Sequence record: NC_049849.1
Strand: one strand, 5' to 3'
Length of the DNA: 64,000 nucleotides
Shown one piece after another: positions 27,224 to 36,535 of the stretch. Each line of letters begins with the position of its first letter. Positions within the stretch are counted from its first letter, which is position 1. The notes below the pieces were generated by a model. The model made no database searches. It worked only from the letters and a program-made list of their open reading frames with translations, and was not told the DNA's origin. The position numbers were made by a program, and so were the translations under genes.

Positions 27224-27234
27224 GGAATACTGCA

Positions 27235-29151
27235 ATGACTATCAAGTTCTCCGAACTCACCCTCGCTCAAAAGAAGACTCTGTACAAGAAAGCCTGCGAG
27301 TCGTACTACGCGGGCGAGAGCGGTCGTGGTCCCAAGCAGAGTACGGTGATGACCGATGCGCAGTTCGACCGGCTCGAAGACCTCATCAAGGCCGAGCAGC
27401 CGGACTGGGTTGGACTGAAGCGTACCAACACCAATGCCATCGGCAAGAAAGAGAAGGTGAAGCTGCCGCACTTCATGCCGTCGCTGAACAAGGCTTACCC
27501 GGAGCATGTGGAAGCGCGCAGCAAGCACCTGGAGGGCAACTCTGTTGTCATCATGGATAAGCTCGATGGCTCATCGATCTACGCGCAGTACAAGGGCAAC
27601 AAGTGCGTGAAGCTCATCACCCGCGGCGACGGGATCACCGGCAAGGATATCTCATTCTTGATTCCGCATTTGAATCTGCCGAAGATTCAAAACGACGGCG
27701 TGACTGCTTTCCGCATCGAAGCGCTGATGAAGAACTCGGTCTTCGCAAAGAAGTACGCGAAGCTGAAGGACAAGGACGGTGAGCCGCTGTACTCGAATCC
27801 GCGCAATCTGGTCGCTGGCATTCTGAATCGCAAGCTCGACCACAAGACGGACAAGGGCCAACTGCTGGATATCGACCTGGTCGTTCTCGGCGTGTTTGCA
27901 GAGCCGATCAAGTACGGCTTGGAGTGGGCACGCAAGGTCGGCCTGAGCACCGTTCAGTACTCGGTGATCAGCAAGAGCAAGGCGAAGGCAGAGCAGTTGT
28001 CGAAGCTGCTGGAAGCTCGACGCGCAAAGTCGGACTACGCAATGGATGGCTTGGTCGTCATCGGCTCCGAGCAAGTATTCAATTACGAGTCGTCCGACAA
28101 GCCGAAGTGGACGTGGGCATTCAAAGAGAACTTGACGGAAGACACCGCGCCGGATGCGTTGGTCAAGCGTATCATCTGGCAGCAGTCGCATTCGAACCGT
28201 TTGATCCCGAAGGTTGAAATCGAACCTGTAGAGATTGACGGCGTGACTATCAAGTTCGCCACGGTGCACAATGCGAAGTGGATGGTGGATCGTAAGATCG
28301 GCCCGGGTGCTGTAATCAAGATCGTTCGGTCGGGCGACGTGATTCCCAAGATCATCGCGGTGGTCAAGCCTGGCAAGCTGCAACTGCCGGATGTTGATTA
28401 CGTGACGAAGGGCGTGCACTTCGTCGCTACTGAAGCGACCACGGAGTCTTCTGCAAAGAAAATTGAGCGCTTCCTGAAGGCTGTTGGTATCGAAGGATGG
28501 AAGCAGTCTTCGATTGAGAAGCATTTGGAAACGATGGCGACGATTGACGACTACATCATCGTCGCAGGCATGGGCGCCAAGGATGCGGAGCGCGCACTGT
28601 TGGATATCGGAGTCGGCACTGCGGCCGCAAAGAAGTTGGCAGCAGAGTTGCAGAAGCTGAACGGCATATCTGTAATCAAGCTCATGGCCGGCTCGGGCAT
28701 CTTTGATGCAGGTGTGGGTGAGCGTCGTCTGACGGAACTGGCAAAGCACATCAAGGTGTCGAACTGGTTCAAGTACAGCCGCACTGAGTTTCAGCTGCGC
28801 ATCCTGGAAATTCAAGGCTTTGGTGAGGCACTGGCCAAAGAGATTGCCTGGGGCGTCCACAAGTTCCGAGTCTCTTACAACGAGTGGAAGTCCTATATTG
28901 ATATCAAGCTTCTCATCAAGACCGAGAAGAAAGCGAAGCCTACTTCGCTGGACTACCTTGGTGTCAAAGCATGCTGGACTGGCTACCGTGCGCCGGAGCA
29001 GGAAGCAGAAATCATCGCAGGTGGTGGCGAAGTCGTGTCGTTCACGGGCAAGACCACGCACTTGTTCTACAAAGAAGGTGGCAAGACTTCATCCAAGATC
29101 GCAAAGGCCGGTGACCGTGCCATGACCTGGGAACAATTCAAAGGACAATAA
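27235..29151 (+). CDS. ligA: NAD-dependent DNA ligase
   Basis: Ia domain (YY...MTDAQFDRL), MPSLNKA, adenylation motif KLDG, RGDG..GKDI, NPRN..AG, MDGLV, motif V AFK, OB fold (RSGDVIPKI), BRCT-like end; TAAGGA SD before ATG 27235. Confidence 0.92.
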   Translation: MTIKFSELTLAQKKTLYKKACESYYAGESGRGPKQSTVMTDAQFDRLEDLIKAEQPDWVGLKRTNTNAIGKKEKVKLPHFMPSLNKAYPEHVEARSKHLEGNSVVIMDKLDGSSIYAQYKGNKCVKLITRGDGITGKDISFLIPHLNLPKIQNDGVTAFRIEALMKNSVFAKKYAKLKDKDGEPLYSNPRNLVAGILNRKLDHKTDKGQLLDIDLVVLGVFAEPIKYGLEWARKVGLSTVQYSVISKSKAKAEQLSKLLEARRAKSDYAMDGLVVIGSEQVFNYESSDKPKWTWAFKENLTEDTAPDALVKRIIWQQSHSNRLIPKVEIEPVEIDGVTIKFATVHNAKWMVDRKIGPGAVIKIVRSGDVIPKIIAVVKPGKLQLPDVDYVTKGVHFVATEATTESSAKKIERFLKAVGIEGWKQSSIEKHLETMATIDDYIIVAGMGAKDAERALLDIGVGTAAAKKLAAELQKLNGISVIKLMAGSGIFDAGVGERRLTELAKHIKVSNWFKYSRTEFQLRILEIQGFGEALAKEIAWGVHKFRVSYNEWKSYIDIKLLIKTEKKAKPTSLDYLGVKACWTGYRAPEQEAEIIAGGGEVVSFTGKTTHLFYKEGGKTSSKIAKAGDRAMTWEQFKGQ

Positions 29152-29456
29152 TGATTCATGCAATCAACCCGTACGTCGGCGCTGAAAAGCTCGATGTAGA
29201 TTTCCCGCACGTCTCCAAAAGCGTGTGCCTGAAAATCCAGCGCGGCAACTTTACCATTTCGATTGTCGCGGACAACAGCCTCGGCACGATGGACAAGCTG
29301 CGCCGTACCAACCTGCGAGTCTTCTATGCGCAGCCCGACGAATCCGACCGCGCACTGGAAGTTACCGATAAGGTCTTCAACGGCGAAGACAACGTTGAAG
29401 GCACGTTTGACACTCTACAGTCGGCCATGTTTTGGATCGACGCGCAATCGCTGTAA
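29151..29456 (+). CDS. hypothetical protein
   Basis: TAATG coupling. Confidence 0.6.
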   Translation: MIHAINPYVGAEKLDVDFPHVSKSVCLKIQRGNFTISIVADNSLGTMDKLRRTNLRVFYAQPDESDRALEVTDKVFNGEDNVEGTFDTLQSAMFWIDAQSL

Positions 29457-29498
29457 GTCAACTCCATAGACAACTCACAACGCAAACAAGAAACTTCA

Positions 29499-30707
29499 AT
29501 GGCTAAAGTAAAAACTATCAACCCGAGCAAGTACGTACTCATGCCGTCTCAGCTCAAAGCGCCGGACGGCGCAGACCTCTTTCTCGTCAAGGCACTGCGC
29601 GACGGCCTGCATTTCAAGAAAGGCGACGTTGGTGGATACGTCAGCAGCAGCTACAACCTCATCCAGAAAGACGACTCCTGGGTCGGCCCCGGCGCTATGG
29701 TGTACGGTCATGCGATAGTGTCGGGCATTGCGCTGATCGCAGATAATGCTCGGGTCTTTGACCAGGCACGAGTTAACGGATACTCACAAGTCCGCGACTC
29801 CTCTGTGATTTGTGGAGAAGCCCGCGTAAGCGATACGTACGTCAATGGTACGGCTATGATTCGTGACGCATGCCTTCGTACCTGCAAGATATCCTCGAAG
29901 GTCAAGGTGACCGGCGGTTCTATCACTGAGAGCAGTCTTTATGACTCGGTGCAGGTCCACGGCTCGGGTCTGTATATCTCCAACTGCGAGCTGCAAGGAC
30001 ACACCCATGTCAGCGGTAGTCACGACTACGACGTTTACAATCTAACTGTGCGGGACGCGCGGATTGAATCCGCCGACGACTACATGGTGATTACGTCTAT
30101 CGGGTCAGAGCATGGAATACTCTACGCGTTCCGTAATTTGGAAGGCATCCTGATGGTCAATCGCGGATGCTTCGAGGATACCTTGGACCGGTTCCGTGAA
30201 AAGGTTGAGCGCGTTCACGGCAAAGTCAGGAAGCGTGAGAAAGTGGCTGCTGAGTATCGGCTGTTGATCCGACTGATGGAGCTGCGCTTCAGCCACCTGA
30301 AGCATTCAAAAGAGGCTGCGAAGCCGGGTAGGGCTGTTGCTGTCGAGCTGGAACCGAAGGTCGTCAGCCGTGCAGTCGCTCGCAACTTCTTTCTGCGCCA
30401 CCAGCTGTTGAGCAAGGTCTACGTGCAGCACGAAGTCTTGCGCCGCGCGGTGCAACGCGCGCAACGCGATGCGGCCAGTGGGCGCGGTCCGTACAATACT
30501 CTGTACCTGGCGCAACGCGACCTGCGGCAATACCTCGTGACCCATAAGGACGTGTTTGCGAACGACTCAGCAGCGTTTGCTGAGGTGTGGGGTGACTCGA
30601 CAAAGCGTCAGCAGTTGCTGGCGGCGTATGAAGCTCACAAAGAGCTGCGCGCAGCTGCGTCTGCCGATGACGCAGAGGACATCGAAGCAGGCTACGATCA
30701 CGCATAA
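29499..30707 (+). CDS. left-handed beta-helix (hexapeptide repeat) protein
   Basis: KKGDVGGYV...NL..DSWV followed by repeated A.V.G.A.V hexapeptides. Confidence 0.7.
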   Translation: MAKVKTINPSKYVLMPSQLKAPDGADLFLVKALRDGLHFKKGDVGGYVSSSYNLIQKDDSWVGPGAMVYGHAIVSGIALIADNARVFDQARVNGYSQVRDSSVICGEARVSDTYVNGTAMIRDACLRTCKISSKVKVTGGSITESSLYDSVQVHGSGLYISNCELQGHTHVSGSHDYDVYNLTVRDARIESADDYMVITSIGSEHGILYAFRNLEGILMVNRGCFEDTLDRFREKVERVHGKVRKREKVAAEYRLLIRLMELRFSHLKHSKEAAKPGRAVAVELEPKVVSRAVARNFFLRHQLLSKVYVQHEVLRRAVQRAQRDAASGRGPYNTLYLAQRDLRQYLVTHKDVFANDSAAFAEVWGDSTKRQQLLAAYEAHKELRAAASADDAEDIEAGYDHA

Positions 30708-30718
30708 GGAGTTTTGAA

Positions 30719-30943
30719 ATGAGAGAACGCCATTTTTGCTACGGCTGCAAGAAGCACTTGTACGAAGAACTATTTCCGACCGATACTGACTTCAAAGCAC
30801 AAGGTCGTAAATGCACTCGTTGCCGAGACAACATTGCGAACCGTACGCGTAACGCCGGTGCATCGCAAGCCACCCTCAAGCAAACCAAGAAGCGCTACGC
30901 CAGCGGCGAGTCCGACAAATTCTTTTCCAAGGTGAACGAGTAA
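30719..30943 (+). CDS. small zinc-finger protein
   Basis: CYGC...CTRC; TAAGGAG SD. Confidence 0.6.
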   Translation: MRERHFCYGCKKHLYEELFPTDTDFKAQGRKCTRCRDNIANRTRNAGASQATLKQTKKRYASGESDKFFSKVNE

Positions 30944-30944
30944 C

Positions 30945-31310
30945 ATGCAAAACAACATCGAGCAACGCCTGAACACTGACTTGGCCGACATGACTGCAGC
31001 CGAAGCAGTGGAGAAGCTGAAAGAAGAAACGGGGCTGAATATCATTCATGCCGACCAGGCCAATCCCGTGGTCATCGGCGCCGGAACCCTGGGCGTGGAT
31101 GAGTACATGCTGGGCACTGATCGTGACAACATGGTCCGGTCTCTGATGGCACTCGGCGCAGGTCCTGGCATCGTGTCCATGTTGAAGGACGAAGACTTCC
31201 AGGCCAAGGTCCGCGATCCTGAAACGGAAGAGTCCAAGCGTGCGCTGAGCGCTGCAGAAGCAAAGCGTCAACGCAAGGCCGAAAAGCTGAAGCGTCAGTT
31301 CTCCAAGTAA
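30945..31310 (+). CDS. hypothetical protein
   Basis: Packed ORF with a basic C-terminus. Confidence 0.6.
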   Translation: MQNNIEQRLNTDLADMTAAEAVEKLKEETGLNIIHADQANPVVIGAGTLGVDEYMLGTDRDNMVRSLMALGAGPGIVSMLKDEDFQAKVRDPETEESKRALSAAEAKRQRKAEKLKRQFSK

Positions 31311-31337
31311 TCACAACTCCGACAAAAGGATACACGC

Positions 31338-32255
31338 ATGAACTTCGCAAACTTGCCCAGCATGTTCACCAAGCTGCCGGCTTCGGTTAACCTCGACGAA
31401 GGCAACCCCATCGTGTTTGTCGTCAACGACCTTGGCCGCGACATTGACTCGGACGTTCGCGTCCACTCAGTTGGCACTAAGACCATGGCCGCGCTGATGG
31501 AAGCGATCCGCGCTTGGGAAGTCAACAGTGAAGTGCTGGTGATTCATCAGAACCAACTGAAGTGGATTTTGGGCAACCTCCCGCCTGATACGTGGGTCTA
31601 CTTTGGGGAACCGGTGGACAAGCCCACGCTGAAGACGTTGAACAGCACGAAGCGAGCCGCAGCCGAACCCAGTGATCATGTCGTGCTGATGCCGACGCCG
31701 CCGAGCGAAACCATCTATGCGCATTACTCCCGCATCAGTGATGCGTTGAGCGAACGGTACACTCGCGCTCTGGTCATCTGCAATCAAGACATGGTTGACC
31801 GAGCAAAACTCGCGGACCTGTGGACCATCGACAACAGCGAATCCGAAGACGACCGGGTGCTGTATATCACTATCGACCAGTTCAAGCGCGACCTGCTGCA
31901 CGTTGAAGCCACGGTCTTCTTTGACTACTACTGGGCCGATGAATGGAACCGTGTGTGCAAGATCGTCAACATTGCAGCCAAGCAGTGGTTCCAGCCTAAG
32001 CCCGCGCCGGCTGAGCTGCTGTCGTCGGATATCGACGTGTACAAAATGTCCACGGCCGAACGTCAGAAGCTCTTGCTGAAGTTGCAGGACTCCATGCAGC
32101 CTTGGACGTTCTACGACGTGGTGACGTTGGCGGATGAAGCAGACAGCGAGTACAAGAAGCCGGTCAAGATCGAAATGCTGGACACCGGCACGCACTACTC
32201 GGTGGTCGGCCACCATGTTGACCAACAAGGCAGCATCGTGCTGCACGTTGCGTAA
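31338..32255 (+). CDS. hypothetical protein (305 aa)
   Basis: AAAAGGA SD. Confidence 0.7.
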   Translation: MNFANLPSMFTKLPASVNLDEGNPIVFVVNDLGRDIDSDVRVHSVGTKTMAALMEAIRAWEVNSEVLVIHQNQLKWILGNLPPDTWVYFGEPVDKPTLKTLNSTKRAAAEPSDHVVLMPTPPSETIYAHYSRISDALSERYTRALVICNQDMVDRAKLADLWTIDNSESEDDRVLYITIDQFKRDLLHVEATVFFDYYWADEWNRVCKIVNIAAKQWFQPKPAPAELLSSDIDVYKMSTAERQKLLLKLQDSMQPWTFYDVVTLADEADSEYKKPVKIEMLDTGTHYSVVGHHVDQQGSIVLHVA

Positions 32256-32265
32256 GAGTATCTCC

Positions 32266-32682
32266 ATGCAGTTGATACATGGAGTGCGCGGTTCGGTCCC
32301 AAGCATCACTGGATACTGGATCGCCGCGGATGGTACGGTCTACTCACTCAACAAAGGGGCGTACCATTCACGACTTCTGGCAGAAATCGAAGCCAGCGAG
32401 GCAGCCGCTGATGGCGTGGACTTCACGCACGCCTTGATAGACCTCGAAGATTTCGTGGCACGTATGCAGACCGACAAGGGATGGATTCGTGTCAACAGTA
32501 GGTATGACGAGTTCACGGTAACGGTCGACGCCAACGAGGCGAAGTTACCCAAGGCGCAAGTTGAGGCCTTGAACGACCTAATCAACATTCACAACAACCA
32601 AGAGCGGCTCGTGTTCAACGAAAATCGAGCACGTCTTGGCCGCCGATTCATTCAACAACTGAGGGACCAATGCGTAACCTGA
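32266..32682 (+). CDS. hypothetical protein
   Basis: Start trimmed from ORF 32134. Confidence 0.6.
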   Translation: MQLIHGVRGSVPSITGYWIAADGTVYSLNKGAYHSRLLAEIEASEAAADGVDFTHALIDLEDFVARMQTDKGWIRVNSRYDEFTVTVDANEAKLPKAQVEALNDLINIHNNQERLVFNENRARLGRRFIQQLRDQCVT

Positions 32683-33215
32683 GCAAAACCATCGACTGGT
32701 GCATCAATCAAACTCTGCCTGTGGCGCTGATCGACATTGATGGTGTCGTGTGCGACAACCGGCACCGCCTTCACTACTTGGTCGAAGTCGTTGATGGTGT
32801 TCAGCGTGAGAAGGAAGTCACTGACTGGGCGACGTACGAATCGGAATGGCGTAAGGATACGCGAGGTGCGGGCTGCCCGGTCGTCAAGAGCCTGGCTCAT
32901 GTGTACAGCATCGTGTTTCTCACGGCGCGGGAAGAAATGTCTGATGAGGACCAGAAGGAGCTGCTGCACACGCTGGCCGAATGGTGCGGTCTCAATCGTG
33001 CGGCGCTGATTATGCGCGAGCGCAACGTGGCAGGCATTCAGCGCCCGCCGGCGTCTGTATTCAAAGCAGAGGTTGCGGAATACATGCAAAACGAAGGCGT
33101 TGAAATCGGCCTGTTCATTGATGACTCGCAAGATAACGTCATCGCAATGGCCGGCTTGTCGATCCCCAGCATGCGCCTCTACAACCACCTGAACGAAACC
33201 AACCTGCACTACTGA
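32670..33215 (+). CDS. HAD-family phosphatase (T4 PNK 3'-phosphatase-like)
   Basis: LIDIDGVV motif I; FLTAREE motif II; LIMR; FIDD motif IV. Confidence 0.8.
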   Translation: MRNLSKTIDWCINQTLPVALIDIDGVVCDNRHRLHYLVEVVDGVQREKEVTDWATYESEWRKDTRGAGCPVVKSLAHVYSIVFLTAREEMSDEDQKELLHTLAEWCGLNRAALIMRERNVAGIQRPPASVFKAEVAEYMQNEGVEIGLFIDDSQDNVIAMAGLSIPSMRLYNHLNETNLHY

Positions 33216-33219
33216 TTGC

Positions 33220-33334
33220 ACGGGGACTGCAGCGGTGTTGCGTAAAAACAACACCGGTCCGCGGTCACCGTTTTTGTGATATCATATCTATACGAGGCAC
33301 AGTCCGCCTCGGAGTCTGTGAATAGGAAAACGAT
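33220..33334 (+). promoter_or_regulatory. structured regulatory element, copy 2
   Basis: GACTGCAG CGGTGTTG CGTAAAAA CAACACCG GT CCGCGGTC then TGATATCATATCTA, CGAGGC/GCCTCG hairpin and GAATAGGAAAA; matches 24646. Confidence 0.75.
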
Positions 33335-33610
33335 ATGAGCAAGAAGCATCCGATCAACAACGGTCTGCCTGCCGGCCTGCATTTCTCCGATATCAAGATA
33401 GGCGACGAGTTGGTCATCGGTTGGAACGACGCTCCAGAGGAAAAGGTGATCGTGCTGGCGTCGCCCGGCCTACTCCATCCGAAGTCGTACAAAGGTGGTG
33501 TAACTATCCGGGTTATGTCTGACGCTGACAATCATCGAACCCTGCATAGCAGTATCGACGGAGCGCAAGTGATCGAACGTACCGGGCGCAACATCTTCCA
33601 GCTGCTGTAA
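33335..33610 (+). CDS. hypothetical protein, tandem paralogue A
   Basis: MSKK..NNGLP.G.HFS....G...YKG shared with the next gene. Confidence 0.7.
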   Translation: MSKKHPINNGLPAGLHFSDIKIGDELVIGWNDAPEEKVIVLASPGLLHPKSYKGGVTIRVMSDADNHRTLHSSIDGAQVIERTGRNIFQLL

Positions 33611-33623
33611 TCCCATCAAGACC

Positions 33624-33650
33624 CAGCCCTTCGGGGCTGTTTCCTTTTCT
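33624..33650 (+). terminator. cUUCGg hairpin with pyrimidine tract
   Basis: CAGCCC-TTCG-GGGCTG-TTTCCTTTT. Confidence 0.65.
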
Positions 33651-33672
33651 AATTTCTCTGTGAGACAACACC

Positions 33673-34047
33673 ATGAGCAAGAAGCAAACGCTGGTCAACA
33701 ACGGCCTGCCCGAAGGCGTACACTTTTCGGAAGTCGAAGTCGGGTCGGTCATGCGCGTGCTGTTCAAAGATAGCGAACCGCAGCACGTGCTGGTCATCCG
33801 GTCACGCGACGCGAATCGGCGGCCGACGTACAAAGGCTCGGTGTCATTTACAGGCGTGAACGGCGAGGGCGATATCATCACCTTCGACGGTGACCAGGTG
33901 CACGAATGGATCGGCACGCAGCCGCTGGCGCAACTGACGGCGGCAGACATTCTGATGAACGACACGCTGCAAGCTCAGCGTTATCCGCGTGGCACTGTTG
34001 TCCCTGACCAAGACAAGATCGACCCTGCATACGACCCAACGCTGTAA
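33673..34047 (+). CDS. hypothetical protein, tandem paralogue B
   Basis: Paralogue of 33335. Confidence 0.7.
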   Translation: MSKKQTLVNNGLPEGVHFSEVEVGSVMRVLFKDSEPQHVLVIRSRDANRRPTYKGSVSFTGVNGEGDIITFDGDQVHEWIGTQPLAQLTAADILMNDTLQAQRYPRGTVVPDQDKIDPAYDPTL

Positions 34048-34058
34048 CGAGCAAGACC

Positions 34059-34085
34059 CAGGCCTTCGGGCCTGTTCCCATTTCT
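34059..34085 (+). terminator. cUUCGg hairpin with pyrimidine tract
   Basis: CAGGCC-TTCG-GGCCTG-TTCCCATTT; same CAAGACCCAG prefix as 33617. Confidence 0.6.
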
Positions 34086-34101
34086 GCGTTCTAACTTTTC
34101 T

Positions 34102-34515
34102 GTGAGTCAACTAATGGATATCGTTGTTTGCATTCCCACCGCCGTACGTTTCGTCGTTGACGAAGAGCGTCATACCATCGCCGTCGTTAAGCGTGTGAAC
34201 GAGTGGATGACCCAATGGACTGTCCCGAACAACATCAAGGCGTATGTTGGCCCGGCACTCGGCGCGGGATGGATTCCCGAGGCAGCCGTTCGTGCATGGT
34301 CGGTTCGGTTCAATGCTGCGATGACGGCGGCCCTAGGCGCACCGTCTGCGTTCCTCTCGGCTTCGGACTTCGAGTTCACGGTTGCGGTCTCGCACCCTCA
34401 TGTGCATTCGACCGAGCGCCCTGTCGGCCTGGACCCGAACGTTGAAGGTATGATCTGGATCAACGGCGATTATGTGCGCCAGCTTCGTCTTTATGATCGG
34501 ATGGAAAACAACTGA
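34102..34515 (+). CDS. hypothetical protein
   Basis: GTG start within TCTGTG; alternative ATG at 34114. Confidence 0.6.
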   Translation: MSQLMDIVVCIPTAVRFVVDEERHTIAVVKRVNEWMTQWTVPNNIKAYVGPALGAGWIPEAAVRAWSVRFNAAMTAALGAPSAFLSASDFEFTVAVSHPHVHSTERPVGLDPNVEGMIWINGDYVRQLRLYDRMENN

Positions 34516-34997
34516 TGACTTTGCCGGACAAAGGTGATTTGGTTCGTGATCTGCGTGAGCGTGAAGCGCGGGAAGGCATCGTAGGCTTGACGGTTGATCT
34601 GCGGCCCGTCGCAGTTGAGACTACGGTGACCGTTGAATGGATGGACGGCTTTGGTGGTGAAATGTTCACGCTGAGCCAGCTTCGCAAGATCGCTGACCAT
34701 CACTGGGTGATCGACAAACACCCGGATACACAAGACTTCGTGATCTATGTAGGCGAGCTTCGGTTCGGTTACGTGTGGAGCTGGGATCATGAAGACCATA
34801 CCGCTTTCGTCTTTTGCGCAGACGACATACTCACTGCGCAACAAGCCTTCTTAGCGGCTGAAGAAGAATTCGCACAAGTTCCCGAGGACCCAGACCTCGA
34901 AGCGCAGTGGGTGTGCAAGCACCCGAACATGAAAGCGATCCCGTTTGACGATATGACATGGGATCATGAATGGCAACAATGGGTCGTGACGATCTAA
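34515..34997 (+). CDS. hypothetical protein
   Basis: TGATG coupling. Confidence 0.65.
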   Translation: MTLPDKGDLVRDLREREAREGIVGLTVDLRPVAVETTVTVEWMDGFGGEMFTLSQLRKIADHHWVIDKHPDTQDFVIYVGELRFGYVWSWDHEDHTAFVFCADDILTAQQAFLAAEEEFAQVPEDPDLEAQWVCKHPNMKAIPFDDMTWDHEWQQWVVTI

Positions 34998-35007
34998 AGG
35001 ACTATCT

Positions 35008-35355
35008 GTGAAAAGCAAACGTGATATCTCAATTCTGAACAAGCAGATGAACGACGTTGAGAAAGTGCTGCGGCTGCCCAAGCAGTTCAATCACTGGCTC
35101 AAGCAAGAAGGCTTGACTGAAGAGCGCTTCCGCGGTTTTCGTCGCGGTCACAATCACTACTGGAAGGGACGCGGCCGCTACTGGCGCATCAACTGCTTCG
35201 GCGTGTTCGAGTGCTCGGAGCGGTTCGATACGTTCGATCGCTGGGCGAACTCGAATCCCCAGGTCGGCGTCTCTATCGAATGGATGGCCAACCGTGCGCA
35301 ATTCCGCCGCGCGTTCTTGCAGATGCTGCGCGACGTGCGCGCCAAGGGGTTCTGA
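35008..35355 (+). CDS. hypothetical basic protein
   Basis: AAAGGA SD and TCTGTG start. Confidence 0.65.
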   Translation: MKSKRDISILNKQMNDVEKVLRLPKQFNHWLKQEGLTEERFRGFRRGHNHYWKGRGRYWRINCFGVFECSERFDTFDRWANSNPQVGVSIEWMANRAQFRRAFLQMLRDVRAKGF

Positions 35356-35356
35356 C

Positions 35357-35593
35357 GTGCCGCATTCCATTGTCTGCATTCCGGCGCCTCTGTTCCGCGA
35401 AGCACGTACCGAGCTGAAGGTCAAGCAACGCTTCGGACGTGAACTCATCGTCAACGATGACGGCGACCCACTGTGCGCAGGCGAAGCCTTGTTGGTTGAA
35501 GCAACACTCGAAGAAGTCGCAGCACAACATCCCAGCGCGTACTGGTGCATCAACCCGATGTGCGGTCCGTGGTATCCTGTCCCTACCCTCTAA
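35357..35593 (+). CDS. hypothetical protein
   Basis: GTG 1 nt after the upstream stop. Confidence 0.5.
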   Translation: MPHSIVCIPAPLFREARTELKVKQRFGRELIVNDDGDPLCAGEALLVEATLEEVAAQHPSAYWCINPMCGPWYPVPTL

Positions 35594-35615
35594 TCTGTGG
35601 AGCATTTCAAATGTC
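35594..35615 (+). repeat. 22-nt direct repeat (second copy of 25445-25466)
   Basis: TCTGTGGAGCATTTCAAATGTC. Confidence 0.8.
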
Positions 35616-36519
35616 ATCTATTCTGAGTCTGTTGAACGAAGTCGCCAAGCAAGCTGAAGAAACTGCCGAGAAGATCACCAGCACTGTCGAATCGATGAGC
35701 GAGGATATCAAGCACGAGTTCGTCGGCTCGCTCCTCAATCATGACACCGTGGCCGAGTACGAGCAGGAGTGCGGAGGCAAAGGCATTCTTAGCGATATCG
35801 AGTTGCTGATAAAATCCGCAAGCATGAATGCTGGGCGCAACAAGCTGCTGGAAGCCTTGGGCGACACGTCGATGAACTCGGACTTCCTGCAATTCGTCGC
35901 GGTCGCACAGGCGAACGGATTCGAGACGGTGAAGACCTTTACGTTCTGGCCCATCGACCGCGATACCGGTCTGGAAAAGACGGACAACGTTATGCGCCGC
36001 GAAGCGTTCCTGGTTATGGCCGATCCCAAGCGCAAGCTGATCCTGACAGTCGAGACTTACACTGTCTACTACGAAGTAGAGCAGCAGTACAAGGTCGGCG
36101 TGAATACGGCGAATCTGTATTTCGCGTGGAAGTCGAACAACGACAAGGCCTATCCGTTTCATTGCTCGGGCGGCTTCGAGTCTGCAAGCAATCCCGACTG
36201 GCGTAAGCACGCAGAAGAAAAGCAGCCCGACGACTTGGTCTTCTGCGGCTACAAAGATGTGCGCACCGGGCTGGTGTGGTCGATCAAGCACTTGGAGCGC
36301 ACGGGCACGTTTATGGATCATCCGCAAATCAAGCGCCCGGCGTTTGGCGGGTCGGTCTACGGTGTGAACTTCTACACCGACTACTATCATGCACGGCATC
36401 AGCGTGCCGATGGCAGGGGATTCGACTACTCGAAGTCGGATGAAGTATCGGCGATGCGCAAGGAGCGCATTGACACATTGCCGATCTGGTTCTTGAAGAT
36501 GGCTGGCTATTCCGTTTAA
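35611..36519 (+). CDS. hypothetical protein (302 aa)
   Basis: GGAG SD; start trimmed from ORF 35545. Confidence 0.75.
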   Translation: MSSILSLLNEVAKQAEETAEKITSTVESMSEDIKHEFVGSLLNHDTVAEYEQECGGKGILSDIELLIKSASMNAGRNKLLEALGDTSMNSDFLQFVAVAQANGFETVKTFTFWPIDRDTGLEKTDNVMRREAFLVMADPKRKLILTVETYTVYYEVEQQYKVGVNTANLYFAWKSNNDKAYPFHCSGGFESASNPDWRKHAEEKQPDDLVFCGYKDVRTGLVWSIKHLERTGTFMDHPQIKRPAFGGSVYGVNFYTDYYHARHQRADGRGFDYSKSDEVSAMRKERIDTLPIWFLKMAGYSV

Positions 36520-36535
36520 GAAGTGGAGATTTGGT

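Noticed and set aside
26833-27234. 134-aa N-terminal extension of the ligase in the ORF track
   Set aside because: It overlaps two better genes (26586-27059 and 27059-27223); the TAAGGA SD supports ATG 27235.
27652-29061. 469-aa ORF antisense to the DNA ligase
   Set aside because: Shadow ORF of a conserved enzyme gene.
30803-30811. TCGTAAATG near-match to the promoter motif
   Set aside because: The last base mismatches and the site lies mid-gene; probably chance.
24649-33270. Possible CRISPR repeats or transposon inverted repeats in the duplicated hairpin element
   Set aside because: There are only two copies, 8.5 kb apart, with no spacers, no cas or transposase gene and no target-site duplication.
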